This document shows, in pieces, positions 12,392-25,045 of a stretch of 64,000 bases of DNA. The notes below the pieces were generated by a model, which did not search any database, was not told the DNA's origin, and saw nothing but the letters and a program-made list of their open reading frames with translations. The position numbers were made by a program, and so were the translations under genes. Position 1 is the first letter of the stretch; every line of letters starts with the position of its first letter. Source of the stretch: Amoebophrya sp. A120 (taxonomy: Eukaryota > Protista > Dinoflagellata); contig CAJINV010000002.1 in the NCBI GenBank assembly GCA_905178155.1, forward strand, positions 7,222,743 to 7,286,742. The letters run 5' to 3'.

Positions 12392-12877
12392 CATGTCGAG
12401 ATCAGCGCGCCGAGCCGTCTATGGAGCTTCTCGTCGCCCTTAATTGCGAAAGAGGAAGAGTGGGAAGGTGCGCGCTCAGAGCGAAGCTTCAGGCTTAATA
12501 CCATATTGACCTGTAAGCACCTGCACCGCTGCACCGCCGACGCGCCGCCCTACAGAGCGGTCAAATGAATTCCTGAAAGCATAGCTGCCCTTTCGCAATT
12601 TTTTTGCGAACGCCAGCCGCAGCCTGACGCAGCCGCTTGATGATTTTGTTGAATTTTGCGCCCTAGTAGCATAGACTTGTTGTACTTGGACTGGCAACGC
12701 CAATAGATACAGATAGTAAAGATGAAACTTTATTTTTATGATACTACAACTTGGTCATGAACGAAAACGAATGCCGACCCGCTGCCATGAATACGTCTTC
12801 CTGCAGAAAGTTCTCTACGAGTTGTTTTCCCTCGATATACCAAAGGTCTTGCCGAAGCTGAAGCGTTTGGCAAGGAA

Positions 12878-13663
12878 ATGGACGCGCAAACGTTTGAACG
12901 CCACACGCAGCAGTATGCAGTGCACAAGTATAATCGCACTAGCAGTACAACTAACTTCTTGTATGGCAACAAAATTTTTTGCCAAAATTGCGCAAATTAT
13001 GCAGCTCGTGCTTATTTCGCAACAAGAAAGAAAACGAAAAAATAAAAACGGGAATACATCATTCGTCGCTCGTAGTACCGGTGATAACAGTAACACAAGT
13101 ACGACTGCGATACTATTGCACGGGATACCTTCAAGGCAGACGCCAAAACGGCGATCCGCATTGGCATGCTGCGGAAAATGAAAAGGGTGAACTTTGGCCT
13201 TTTCGAAAACAACAATCAAGAATGGCAGGAACTGGAGGATATGCTGAAGAAAAAAATTGCGAACGAGATCAGCGAGGATGAGTTCTGGGAGCAGATGGAA
13301 AAGTTCAAGGAAAAGGACGACCAGCTGGCGGAGAAGGTCGCGGATTTGGAAAGGCAAATCGCGGAAAAGGATGAGAGACTCAACCTCGACAACACCTGTT
13401 GTTTGGTCTTGCTCGGCCCGCACATGAACTTCGAGGGTCTGACGGAGGGGAAAATGGGCCAGGGCGACTTCGACGCGGACCGCGAAAACTGGTGGGCCAC
13501 CACCGGCATGGCCTGCACACTGTGCCGCACACCCAACGGCTACTGGTGCCGCGAGGAAGCCGAGGCGCTCGACTTCGAGGCGCATGTGTACGAATACCAT
13601 CGCGACCAGTGCGATTCCTGGGCGACGGCCATAGAATGCGAAAAACATCACATGATCTCCTGA
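12878..13663 (+). CDS. Hypothetical coiled-coil protein with a CxxC-containing C-terminus
   Basis: MDAQTFERHTQQ is in the same frame as the 165-aa ORF 13166-13663, separated by the element at 12914. Start uncertain. Confidence 0.55.
12914..13127. mobile_element. TIR introner, family D (214 bp), TSD not retained
   Basis: tatgcagtgcacaagtat / gtacgactgcgatactattgcacgggata, matching the ends of 7021-7170; flanks agcag and ccttc differ; element+5 = 219 nt is frame-neutral. Confidence 0.7.
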
Positions 13664-15053
13664 ATTCTTGCGTGAGTACTGAGTAGCTCAAGTTTCGATT
13701 TTGAATAGCATTTCACCATGGTACGTAGTAGTAACTACTCTCCACAACTTCTTCCGGAGGCTCTGCTTAAGGACCTTTAACGTTTCGAATCGTTTATGAT
13801 TATGTTCGCTGGTCGACCAACACGTATCCCTTTTGCTTCCTTCATACGAGAGTGACCATTCTGATCATGTTTTTACTACAAGTGATGTGAACTATTCTTT
13901 TGGTTTCGCTACCCCTACCCTTCTTAATAATCATAAAAGCTATGCGAACGCGATCTGGTCCGTCGTGGACAAACGCGCAGGACTTTCTGACAAGGTGAAA
14001 GGCACCAGCCTCCACGAGGAAAGATGGGGCTGGAGCTTTTCGAATGTATCTTGTCTGTGTCTCTACTTTTTCGAATCCCGCGATTTACATTCTCCCTACC
14101 GTCGCCGCTTTAATACGTTTCCGCGACGTGCTATGCTTTTGCCTTGGACCATGTACTTAAACTAACACGAAGAAACTGACTTCTTATGAAAATTTTCCTC
14201 CAGGAGCCTGTGCCCGTTGAGAGCAGAACCTGGCTCCTCGGGCCGAGCATGAGAATCGGCCTCTGCCTTTCGTGCAAATTTCCTCGTCAATGTCCTCACA
14301 ACTTTATCGGTTATTTCCTTCTTCGGTCTCGTTCATGATGTCGGCGTCTTTTCACTGTCTCGGCTAGAAGTCAATTTCCTAGTCTGGCGGATGTTCTCAT
14401 GTGTGCCAACAGTTATTCGTTCAAAGGCGGCGCCAGTGGAGTTCCTTAGTTTCTTCGTGCGATGTTTCCGCTTCGTCCGCATCGTTAGCACTGCTATACT
14501 AGCGTTCTACGTCAATCGTTTGCTCCGCTTCGTCCCCGTTGAAAAAAATCTAGCGTTGTCTACTTGATGTGCTGGTAACACGACGTACTTGCGAACAATG
14601 CGTTCTTCCGTGTAGTGTTTGCGAAATCTAATCGTTTATGGCACACATCTTTTCTTCAACTGGCCGTGATCAAATCCAATTTCTCTCTCCAGTCCTTTTC
14701 TTTGTTGAAGTTGCAACTATAGAAGTAGTTCCCTCCCCCCTTTAACTCTTCTTCTATTTGCTTTTTCTACTACGAAAAGTACACAAGACCACAAATCAAC
14801 AAAAAAGTAACCCAAGGCCAGCACAAATATTGTATTCGTCAAGAGTTTTGTTTTTGAAGCCTAGAACCACGACCAGAATAAACGATCGACATAGAAGTGT
14901 AAAGGCGCGAAGGAGGCGACTCGCACGGCAAGAATCCATTCTTTGATACACAGGCAAACGACTCGACTGAATCGTTTGTGACCAGGACCTTGTGCTGGTG
15001 AAAAGTTGTAGTCCGGCGTTGCAACAAGGACACGCATAATTGTCAAACAAAAA

Positions 15054-16723
15054 ATGCATTTGAACACGGATTATTTCCTGCACGATCCGGTGCAGGAGCT
15101 GGAAAGCGCGGCGTCAAAGCCCAGCGAAATGAGAAAAACCACACCCGAGGGCTACATAGAAATCCTGCCCAATCGGCTGTACTGGACTGCGGTGAATTCC
15201 ACGCCGAGACCCACCTCCCAGTACCACTTTTTCTGCATCGACCAGGACTTGGTGTACGAGCCCTTCAACCAGGATTTTGGCCCGCTGAACCTCTCGTGCA
15301 CCTTCAAATTCGCCCGCTTGGTGAAGAAACTGCTGGACGACCCGAGTTTGTCGAAGAAGAAGCTCGTCCACTACTGCAGCCTCTCGGAGAAAAAGCGGCC
15401 TAACGCGGCGTACCTGATGTGTTGCTTCCAGGTGATGTACCTGAACAAGCCCGCGGAACTAGCCTACAGGCCGTTTGAGAACATCCGACCCCAGTTTCAG
15501 CCCTTCCGGGACGCGACGGCCGGCATGTGCACCTACGCGTGCACGGTGCTGGACTGCGTCAAGGGGTTGGAGTACGTATCCACAGTAATTTTCCTGTACA
15601 TGTACAAATGCGGTTTCTGCATGACAAAGCTTCCGTTTAATTCGATTCAGCATGAGAAGTGGCATGCTCCAAGTTGGTGAAATTTGTGATGCATTTTGTA
15701 CATGTACAGGAAATTTGTATTGCATAGTACGCCATGAAAATAAACTGGTTTAACCCGGAGACGTTCAACGTGCAGGCCTACGATTACTACGAAAAGGTCG
15801 ACAACGGCGACATCTCGTGGGTGATTCCGGAGAAATTTCTCGCGTTTTCCGGCCCCAGCGGGAACGGCATCGACACCTACGGCTACCCCGCCTTCACCCC
15901 CGAGGACTACGTGCCGATCTTCCGCAATGCGAACGTGTCCACCGTGGTGCGGCTGAACAAGGAACAGTACGATGCGGCGAGGTTCACGATGAACGGCATC
16001 AAGCACGTGGACATGTTTTTCCCGGACGGGAGCTGTCCCCCGAGAGACATTGTCAACCGATTTCTGCGCTTGGCGGAATCTGAACCTGCTGCGTTAGCGG
16101 TGCACTGCAAAGCGGGTCTGGGGCGGACGGGCACTTTGATCGGACTGTATGCGCAGAAGCACTACAAATTCCCGGGCCGGGCCTACATCGGGTGGAACCG
16201 GATCGCGCGACCGGGCGCGATCCTCGGACCACAGCAGCAGTATTTGTGCGATATGGAAAGGGAAATGATTGCTCTGGGCGAGCAGGAGCGCGCGACGAAG
16301 GGACTGAATGGTCGCAATTTGCCATCAGTGTCTGGTAGCGGAGCCTCAAACTCATTAAACGCAGGAGCAGCACTTCGCTCCCTCACCGCCGCTGAGAAGA
16401 AGGAAGACGTCGGCCAGGGCGAGCGTTTGGTCGCAGCTAAGGCGAAGCAAGGTGCAGGGGCTGGTGCTCTCACCGCGAAGTCCAGTATCAGTGCGAACCT
16501 GCAAGCGAAGTTGACTTCGAACGTCAGTGTGGGGGGAACAGGTTCGTACATCAACCGTTTAACCGGGAGCGAAATCTCCTTTTCGCGGTTCAGTCCGGGC
16601 CTCTCCTCGTCCAGTTCCCCGATGAAGCTCCTCGGACAGAAGCGCAGCGACAGTCGGCCAATCATGAAGGGAATGTTCGGGCCGCAGGGGCAACGCCCGG
16701 TGCGGTTGAGCTCGAATAACTGA
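15054..16723 (+). CDS. CDC14: CDC14 dual-specificity phosphatase, copy 1; exons 15054-15576, 15732-16723
   Basis: YEPFNQDFGPLNL, KRPNAAYL, PFRDA, FPDGSCPP, catalytic HCKAGLGRTG. Confidence 0.95.
15577..15726. mobile_element. TIR introner (150 bp), present only in CDC14 copy 1
   Basis: tatccacagtaattttcctgtacatgtacaaa / tttgtacatgtacaggaaatttgtattgcata; TSD gtacg; empty site gagtacgccatg in copy 2. Confidence 0.95.
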
Positions 16724-19072
16724 GGGGCTTCCGAGGAAAAGGAGACTGCACTGCCACGCTCATCGTTTTCGAGACGGTCGACACGGCAGCCGTCTTTACT
16801 GTTCCCGAGACATCAGAGACATACTCCCCTAAACCTTTTGCGAAGTAGAAACTTTTTCAGTGCCGCTGCTTAAGCGACACAAGCGACGAAATATGCTTCA
16901 ATTCAGGATTAATGGCTTCTGGCTTCATTATTTTTACACATTTTGCATTTTTCATTTTATTCCATTATCTTTTTTTTACTTCTTATTTCTTGCATATTTT
17001 TCTGTAGTTCAGTTTTTCACATTTTGCCACACCTTTTCATCGGCCTACTTCACATCGCATTCACAATCAAGTAAAAGCATCAGCACACTGTCGTCATCGT
17101 ACTAACAAGCGTCGCACATGCACAGTCACAGTACCCCTGTGCCGAACGTGCTCGCGTGACGTTCTCTTCGTTGTCCCCACGATTTCTGCGCTTTTTCGCA
17201 TGGCAAGGCTATTACCAATAGCACTGCGATGCAATCGATCTCACGGCAGTGCACGACCAGCCATCACTAGAATCAACCCAGCTGTAGTATTTCTAGTTAG
17301 TGTGTCCCGCGAAGAAAAGTGTGTCGTTTCCATTTTGTGCAGAAGTTGAGTTCAACTGAGATTTGGATTCGATTTCTTCTGAAGTACAAAGTAATAGGCC
17401 AGTAGTAGGTAGTCTTCCTGCCACTAGCATCTTCTGTTTGAGTTCTCCGCTGCTTTGTAGTACCCCTATTAATTTAGACAAGCGAACAGGACGGAGCACC
17501 CAAGCAGTTTTTAATTGAAATTTTTCAGATTAACCCAACCCCCCAAATTATTTCTGTACTACGGCGAGATCTGGCTCCCCTGATTTACCAAAGTGTCGTC
17601 TTCTTCCTCGATGCGATAAGTTACAAAAGTAACTGCGATCGCAAAAAGTAGCTTTGATAATTCAGGCTGCCACTCGTCTGAATATTGACCTGCGCAGCGC
17701 CTAAGGTTTTTTTCTGCTGTGGTAGCGCAAGACCGTGATTTTTTTGATCTTATTCATTCTGTAATGTCCTCGACCAACACGAAGACGAATCCCTTTTGCT
17801 TCCTTCATAGGAGAGTGACCATTCTGATCATGTTTTTACTACAAGTTAGTATGAGCTATTCTTTCAGTTTCGGTACCCGTACAGTTCTTGATAATCATAA
17901 AGGTCTGCGAACGCGATCTGATCGTAGACACGCGCGCGGGAATGTCTGATAAGTTGAAAGGCACCAGCCTCCATGAGGAAAGACGGGGCTGGAGCTTTTC
18001 GAATATATTATATCTGTGTCTCCTTTTCGTTTTCGAATCCCGCGATTCACATTTTCCCTACCCTCGCCGCTTTGATACGTTTCCGCGACGTGATATGCTT
18101 TTGCCCTGGACCAACATGTAAACACAAAGAAACTGACTTTTTATGAAAATTTTCTTCCAGGAGCCTGTCGTGCCCGTTGAGACCAGAACCTAGCTCCACC
18201 TCGGGCCGAGCATCAGAATCGCCCTCAGTTGTTCCTCTGCCTTTCGTGCAAACTTCGTCGTCAATGTCCTCACAACTTTATTGGTTAACTCCGTCTCCTC
18301 TCTCGTTCATGATTGCGGCGTCTCTTCACAGTCTCGGCTAGAAGTCAATTTCCAAGTCGGTCGGAATATCTCACGTGTGGGTGTGCCAACAGTCATTCGT
18401 TCTATCATCAAGAAAAGAAAGGTGGCGCCAGCGGAGTTCCTTAGTTTCTTCGTGCGATGTCTCTGCTTCGTCTTCATCGTTATCATTTTCATTGCTATAC
18501 TTGCGTTCTACGTCAATCGTTTGCTGCTTTTCGTCCTCGTTGGAAAAAATATGGCGTTGTCTACTTGATGTGCTGGCAACCCGTGCTTACGAATACCGAT
18601 GCGGTTTTTGTAGTGTTTGTGAAGGCTACTTCTTAGCGCAGACCTTTTCAGTAATTCGTCGTGATCATCAAATCCAATTACAATTTTTCTCGCCAGTCCT
18701 TTTCTTTGTTGAAGTTGCAAGTAGAAGTGCCCTCCCCCCTTTTCTTTAACTCTTCTATTTGACTTTTCTACTACGAAAAGTACACAAGCAACCACCACAA
18801 ATCAACAAAAAAAGTAACCCAAGGCCAGCACAATCACAAATATTGTACTCGTCGTTAAGAATTTTGAAGTCTAGAACCGCGACCAGAAGAAACGATCGAC
18901 GGACATAGAAGAAGTGTAAAGGCGCGAAGGAGGCGGCGCGCACGACACAAATCTATTCTCGATAAGAGGCAAACGATTCGACAATCGTTTGTGACCAGGA
19001 CCTTGTGCTGGTGATAAGTTGTAGTTCGGCGTTGCAAGAAGCACACGCAGAATTCGAATTGTCAAACAAAAA

Positions 19073-20854
19073 ATGCATTTGAACACGGACTATTTTCTGC
19101 ACGATCCGGTGCAGGAGCTGGAAAGCGCGGCGTCAAAGCCCAGCGAAATGAGAAAAACCACACCCGAGGGCTACATAGAAATCCTGCCCAATCGGCTGTA
19201 CTGGACCGCGGTGAATTCCACGCCGAGACCGACCTCGCAGTACCACTTTTTCTGCATCGACCAGGACTTGGTCTACGAGCCCTTCAACCAGGATTTTGGC
19301 CCGCTGAACCTCTCCTGCACCTATAAATTCGCCCGCTTGGTGAAAAAACTGCTGGACGACCCGAGTTTGTCGAAGAAGAAGCTCGTCCACTACTGCAGCC
19401 TCTCGGAAAAAAAGCGGCCGAACGCGGCGTACCTGATGTGCTGCTTTCAGGTGATGTACCTGAACAAACCCGCGGAACTAGCCTACAGGCCGTTTGAGAA
19501 CATCCGACCCCAGTTTCAGCCCTTCCGGGACGCGACGGCCGGCATGTGCAACTACGCGTGCACGGTGCTGGACTGCGTCAAGGGGTTGGAGTACGCCATG
19601 AAAATAAACTGGTTTAACCCGGAGACGTTCAACGTGCAGGCGTACGATTACTACGAAAAGGTGGACAACGGCGACATCTCCTGGGTTATGCATTGCAAAC
19701 ATGTCTGGGTCTGGAAGGTTGCAACTTGTAATGCTGTCTCTGCATTTTAGGAAAATCTGTATTGCATGATCAGCAAGAGGGGTCCAGTTTGTGCTTCATG
19801 GAGAGGGCATTTATCATGCGGAATATGCATTAGGAAGCCCTCCAAAAATCTGTGATGCTAGGTGATGCATTACAGGCATCGTGGGCCATGAAAAATCTGC
19901 ATGACAACTCTCGCAATCTTCCAGACCCAGACATTTTTGCATTTCACATGGGTGATCCCGGAGAAATTTCTCGCGTTTTCCGGGCCCAGCGGGAACGGTA
20001 TTGACACCTACGGCTACCCCGCCTTCACCCCCGAGGACTACGTGCCGATCTTCCGCAATGCGAACGTGTCCACCGTGGTGCGGCTGAACAAGGAGCAGTA
20101 CGATGCGGCGAGGTTCACGATGAACGGCATCAAGCACGTAGACATGTTTTTCCCGGACGGGAGCTGTCCGCCGAGGGACATTGTCAACCGGTTTCTGCGC
20201 TTGGCGGAATCCGAACCTGCTGCGTTAGCGGTGCACTGCAAAGCGGGTCTGGGGCGGACGGGCACTTTGATCGGGCTGTATGCGCAGAAGCACTACAAAT
20301 TTCCGGGCCGGGCCTACATCGGGTGGAACCGGATCGCGCGGCCGGGCGCGATCCTCGGACCACAGCAGCAGTATTTGTGCGATATGGAAAGGGAAATGAT
20401 TGCTCTGGGCGAGCAGGAGCGCGCGACGAAGGGACTGAATGGTCGCAATTTGCCATCAGTGTCTGGTAGCGGAGCCTCAAACTCATTAAACGCAGGAGCA
20501 GCACTTCGCTCCCTCACCGCCGCTGAGAAGAAGGAAGACGTCGGCCAGGGCGAGCGTTTGGTCGCAGCTAAGGCGAAGCAAGGTGCAGGGGCTGGTGCTC
20601 TCACCGCGAAGTCCAGTATCAGTGCGAACCTGCAAGCGAAGTTGACTTCGAACGTCAGTGTGGGGGGAACAGGTTCGTACATCAACCGTTTAACCGGGAG
20701 CGAAATCTCCTTTTCGCGGTTCAGTCCGGGCCTCTCCTCGTCCAGTTCCCCGATGAAGCTCCTCGGACAGAAGCGCAGCGACAGTCGGCCAATCATGAAG
20801 GGAATGTTCGGGCCGCAGGGGCAACGCCCAGTGCGGTTGAGCTCGAATAACTGA
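19073..20854 (+). CDS. CDC14: CDC14 phosphatase, copy 2; exons 19073-19686, 19954-20854
   Basis: Same motifs as copy 1; protein almost identical to copy 1. Confidence 0.95.
19687..19948. mobile_element. TIR introner, family C (262 bp), present only in CDC14 copy 2
   Basis: tgcaaacatgtctgggtctggaag / cttccagacccagacatttttgca; TSD tgggt at 19682-19686 and 19949-19953; right end reads ACA rather than ATA. Confidence 0.93.
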
Positions 20855-23059
20855 GTGGTTCCCGAGAAAAACGAGACTACACTGCCACGCTCGTCGTTTT
20901 CAAAACGGTAACGGTCGACACGGCAGCTGTCTTTACCGTTCCCGACACATCAGAGAATACTCCCCTAAACCTTTTGCGAAGTAGAAACTTTTTCAGTGCC
21001 GCTGCTCAAGCGACACAAGCGACGAACTATGCTTCAATTCAGGATTAATGGCTTCAGGCTTCAGGTTCACATCTTGCATTTAATTTTCAAAAAATCAACC
21101 AAAACTAAACATTATTTTTACACATTTTGCATTTTTCATTTTGTCACTTGTTCCATTATCTTCATTTTTTACTTCTTTGTTGCATATTTTTCTGTAGTTC
21201 AGTTTTTTACATTTTGCCACACCTTTTCATCGGTCTTCACATCGCATTCACAATCAAGTAAAAGCACCAGCACACTGTCGTCATCGTACTAACAAGCGTC
21301 GCACATGCACAGTCACAGTACCCCTGTGCCGAACGTGCTCGCGTGACGTTCTATTCGTTGTCCCCACGATTTCTGTGCCTTTTCGCATAGCAAGGCTATT
21401 ACCAATAGCCCTGCGATGCAATCGATCTCACGGCAGTGCACGACCAGCCATCACTAGGATGAACCCACCTGTAGTATTTCTAGTTAGTGTGTTCCGCGAA
21501 GAAAAGTGTGTCGTTTCCATTTTGTGCAGAAGTTGAGTTCAACTGAGATTTGGATTCGATTTCTTCTGAAGTACAAAGTAGTAGGCTAGTAGGTAGTCTT
21601 CCTGCCGCTGGCATCTTCTGTTTGAGTTCTCCGCTGCTTTATAGTACCCCTATTTAGACAAGCGAGCAGGACGGAGCACCCAAGCAGTTTTTAATTGTAA
21701 TTTTTAACCCACCCACTCAAATTTCTCTACTACGTCGAGATCTGGCTCCCCCTGATTTACCAAAGTGTCGTCTTCTTCCATGCGATTAGTTACAAAAGTA
21801 ACTGCGAGCGCAAAAATTAGCTTTGATAATTCAGGCTGCCACTCGTCTGAATATTGACTTGCGCAGCGCCTAAGGTTTTTCTGCTGTGGTAGCGCAAGAC
21901 CGTGATTTTTTTGATCTTATTCATTTTATTTTTCGACGCATAAGCCTAACTGCCTCTGCATTGCGGTGAAATCCGGAGTGTTTGCTATTCGAGCTTTGTG
22001 CCCAGTGTTCTTGCTGCCAAGAAATAAAGAAAATGCAAAGCTTCTAAACATCAGAAATCGTCCGCATCGACTTGCAATACGTATTTACAGCTCGACGCAG
22101 CACACAGCGCTCAGTAGATTTCGGTTTGAAGAGTCACCTTATAGGTATTGATATTGATTACGAAGAAAAAAAAAACACTACAGATGAACCTCACAGAATG
22201 CGCACGCGCAGTAGCAAGAAGCACGAAAGTAGTCGTAGACGTAGTGTTGTGCTCGGTATGATGATTGACTCGTGCGATAAAAAGACATGGAGCCGCGCTC
22301 CAAAGACTCTGTCTGCAAGCAAGCAAAAGTCGGTTGTATTTCGTACAAACCTGTTTATTTCGTGACGTTCATCAGAAGATTATCTGTGCCAACATCGGAA
22401 GAAGTAAATCTATTTTTGACGTCGACCTTCGTGCTGAAGCAATGCCTTCTTCGGACCACATGCAACTGGAGATCGTGCCGCGTTATTCGCTTTTGCGTTT
22501 CAAACCCTCCGCTTCCAGGTACACATCATTTCCCCCCATGGTGTAAAAACTCTACTTTTTTGAATCTCGCCTCGACTCAAACCAAAGCTAGTTCATCTTT
22601 TGTGGTACATACTTCGACAATTTGAAGAAGACTGACAATCTTGTCGCCACAAAATTGCCACGTCGCAACTTTTGCTCTTTTTACTAGACGAAGGATATTA
22701 CTTGGATTTGAAGTGGTTCAGGAGAAACTAGTTCGAGGAAGCGGATTCTTTTCAAAGTGAGGCTACGGGTTATTCAAGCAGCCACGCAACAAGCTTCTGC
22801 CGCGCGTGTGTTTGTTCTTGAAATAGTTACGTACAGTCTCATCTTTTGTCGCATATCATTTAAGTTGTTGCAGCCAGCAGTACCCTGCTCGCTGTCGCTC
22901 GCATTTGCATTGTGACAGACTGTGCATAGAACCAAACCTTTCACAGACTCTTTGAATTTTTGAAAAAGTACCATCAACCAGCAAAGCCAAGACTGCAACT
23001 GCTGCTGCTGCTGCTGCTGAACCTTTTCGGAGCCCACGAACCAAGCCGAAAACAAGAAG

Positions 23060-25045
23060 ATGCAGCACCTAAACAGCGACTACTTCGCGCAAGACGCGAA
23101 CCTGGTCGGCGAGCCGGGCAAGCTTTCCCCGGAGGGGTATCTGGAGATTTTGCCAAAACGGCTCTACTGGGTTGCCGTCTCCGCGATTCCGAAGGCAAAC
23201 TCACAATTCCACTACTTTTGCATCGACTCCGAGCTGGTGTACGAACCCTTTTACCAGGACTTTGGCCCGCTGAACCTCTCCTGCACGTACAAGTACGCCA
23301 GGCTAGTGAAGCAGCTGCTGGACGACCCGGCGCTCGCGAACAAGAAGATCGTCCATTACTGCAGCCAAGACCCGAAGAAAAGGCCGAACGCCGCGTACCT
23401 GATTTGCGCGTTTCAGGTGATGCTGTTGAAGCGACCGGCGGACATCGCCTACCGGCCGTTTCAGAACATAAAACCGCCGTTCATGCCGTTCCGCGACGCG
23501 ACCATGTCGGTGTGCACCTACCAGTGCACGGTACTGGACTGCATAAAAGGCCTCGAATACGCCATGCGCATCAAGTGGTTCGACCCGGCGACGTTTGACG
23601 TGAAGGCGTACGATTTTTACGAGAGAGTGGAGAATGGGGACATCAGCTGGGTGATCCCGGACAAGTTTCTGGCGTTTTCCGGCCCCTCCGCGACGCCCAT
23701 CGACATTCACGGGTACCCGACCTTCACCCCCGAGGACTACGTGCCGGTGTTCAAGGCGGCGAACGTCTCCCTAGTCGTGCGGTTAAACAAAAAGCAGTAC
23801 GACCGAAGGCGGTTCACGGACAACGGGTTGAAGCATGTGGAGCTGTTTTTCGTCGACGGCTCCTGCCCGCCCAAGGACATCATTGACAAATTTCTGCAGC
23901 TTTCCGAGGCGGAGCCGAACGCGATCGCGGTCCACTGCAAGGCGGGGCTGGGGAGAACGGGAACTTTAATCGGGCTGTATGCGCAGAAGCACTACAAGTT
24001 CCCGGGCCGGGCCTACATCGGGTGGAACCGGATTTGCCGGCCGGGCGCGATCCTCGGGCCGCAGCAGCAGTTTCTCGTGGACATGGAGCGGGAGATGATT
24101 CAATGGGGGGATATGGATTGTAAAAATGTCTGGGTCTGGAAGAATGCAACTTGTCATGCTAAATCTCAAGCATGCAAAAATCTGTGTTGCATGATTACCA
24201 AAGGTCGTCCGGTTTTGACCAAGTCGGGAGAGAGTTTGTCATGTAGGATAGGCATTAGAAAGGTCTCGCAGAATCTGTCATGCTATGTCCTACATACCAG
24301 ACCTCATCGGTCATGGAAAACCTGCATGACAAGTCTGGAAAACCATGGTATCTGGAAAACCTGCATGACAAGTCTGGCAATCTTCCAGACCCAGACACTT
24401 TTGCAATCCATAGGGGAAATGGAGCGACAACGGGTGGCGCCGCCCAGCCCACTGCAGTCGCTGGGTTTAGGGAGTCTTGGGTTCGGTGGCAATAGCAACA
24501 ACCCGGCCAACCGCATTTCCAACAGTCTGCGGGGATTGACGCAAGAGGAGCAACAAGAGGACGTCGGCCAGGGTATCCTGAGTAAAAATGTCCCCAAGCC
24601 AGAGTTGTGATGCAAATCTGCATGCCAAAAAAGTTTCTCATGCGGAGCCCCATGAGAGCGATTTTCTAGTCCTGTGAGGGAATTTGTGATGCTAGAATCA
24701 GCATGATATGCGAGATCTGTGATGCTTCGGAACTAGCTAAACAGGATTACACTACGAGGACATAACTTGGCATGCGAAACAACCAGAGGTGGCTGATTTG
24801 TCTAGCGGGTTTCCCATCTTGACTCTGGTGTGGGGGCATTTTTACTCAGGATACAGGGAGACCGTCTCGTGGCGGCGAAATTTGGCTTGTCGGGGGCGGG
24901 ACAGGCGAACTCCGGCTCGCTGCTCACCTCGAAACTGCAAATCATGGGTCAAAACCGAAACTCAAACGCCAACAACCCGGTCATGCGCGGGATGTTCGGC
25001 CCACAACCAGCCCCGGTCATGTTGCCGCCAAGTGGCAGCAATTGA
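23060..25045 (+). CDS. CDC14: CDC14 phosphatase, copy 3 (older paralogue); exons 23060-24111, 24418-24573, 24859-25045
   Basis: YEPFYQDFGPLNL, HCKAGLGRTG; the restored EDVGQGDRLVAAK matches EDVGQGERLVAAK of copies 1 and 2. Confidence 0.95.
24112..24412. mobile_element. TIR introner, family C (301 bp)
   Basis: tatggattgtaaaaatgtctgggtctggaaga / tcttccagacccagacacttttgcaatccata; TSD gggga. Confidence 0.93.
24574..24853. mobile_element. TIR introner (280 bp), singleton family
   Basis: tatcctgagtaaaaatgtcccca / tgggggcatttttactcaggata; TSD caggg at 24569-24573 and 24854-24858. Confidence 0.95.

Larger units (their letters stand above)
11491..12568 (+). pseudogene. Hypothetical Cys-containing gene with one in-frame TGA (11695-11697); exons ~11491-11854, 12166-12226, 12397-12568
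   Basis: Coding-like, GC3-rich codons continue past the TGA (GSPCW*TVRQTTVNILAG). Downstream exons join in frame after introner removal. Pseudogene versus recoding is unresolved. Confidence 0.5.
13813..21925 (+). repeat. Head-to-tail tandem duplication of ~4 kb (unit 1 13813-17758, unit 2 17770-21925), each carrying CDC14
   Basis: Both units start tcgaccaacacg and end gatcttattcatt; upstream, coding and downstream sequences align throughout with small indels. Confidence 0.93.

Noticed and set aside
12815-13651. Long minus-strand ORFs (also 38308-39327, 44655-45374)
   Set aside because: Antisense shadows of GC3-rich plus-strand genes.
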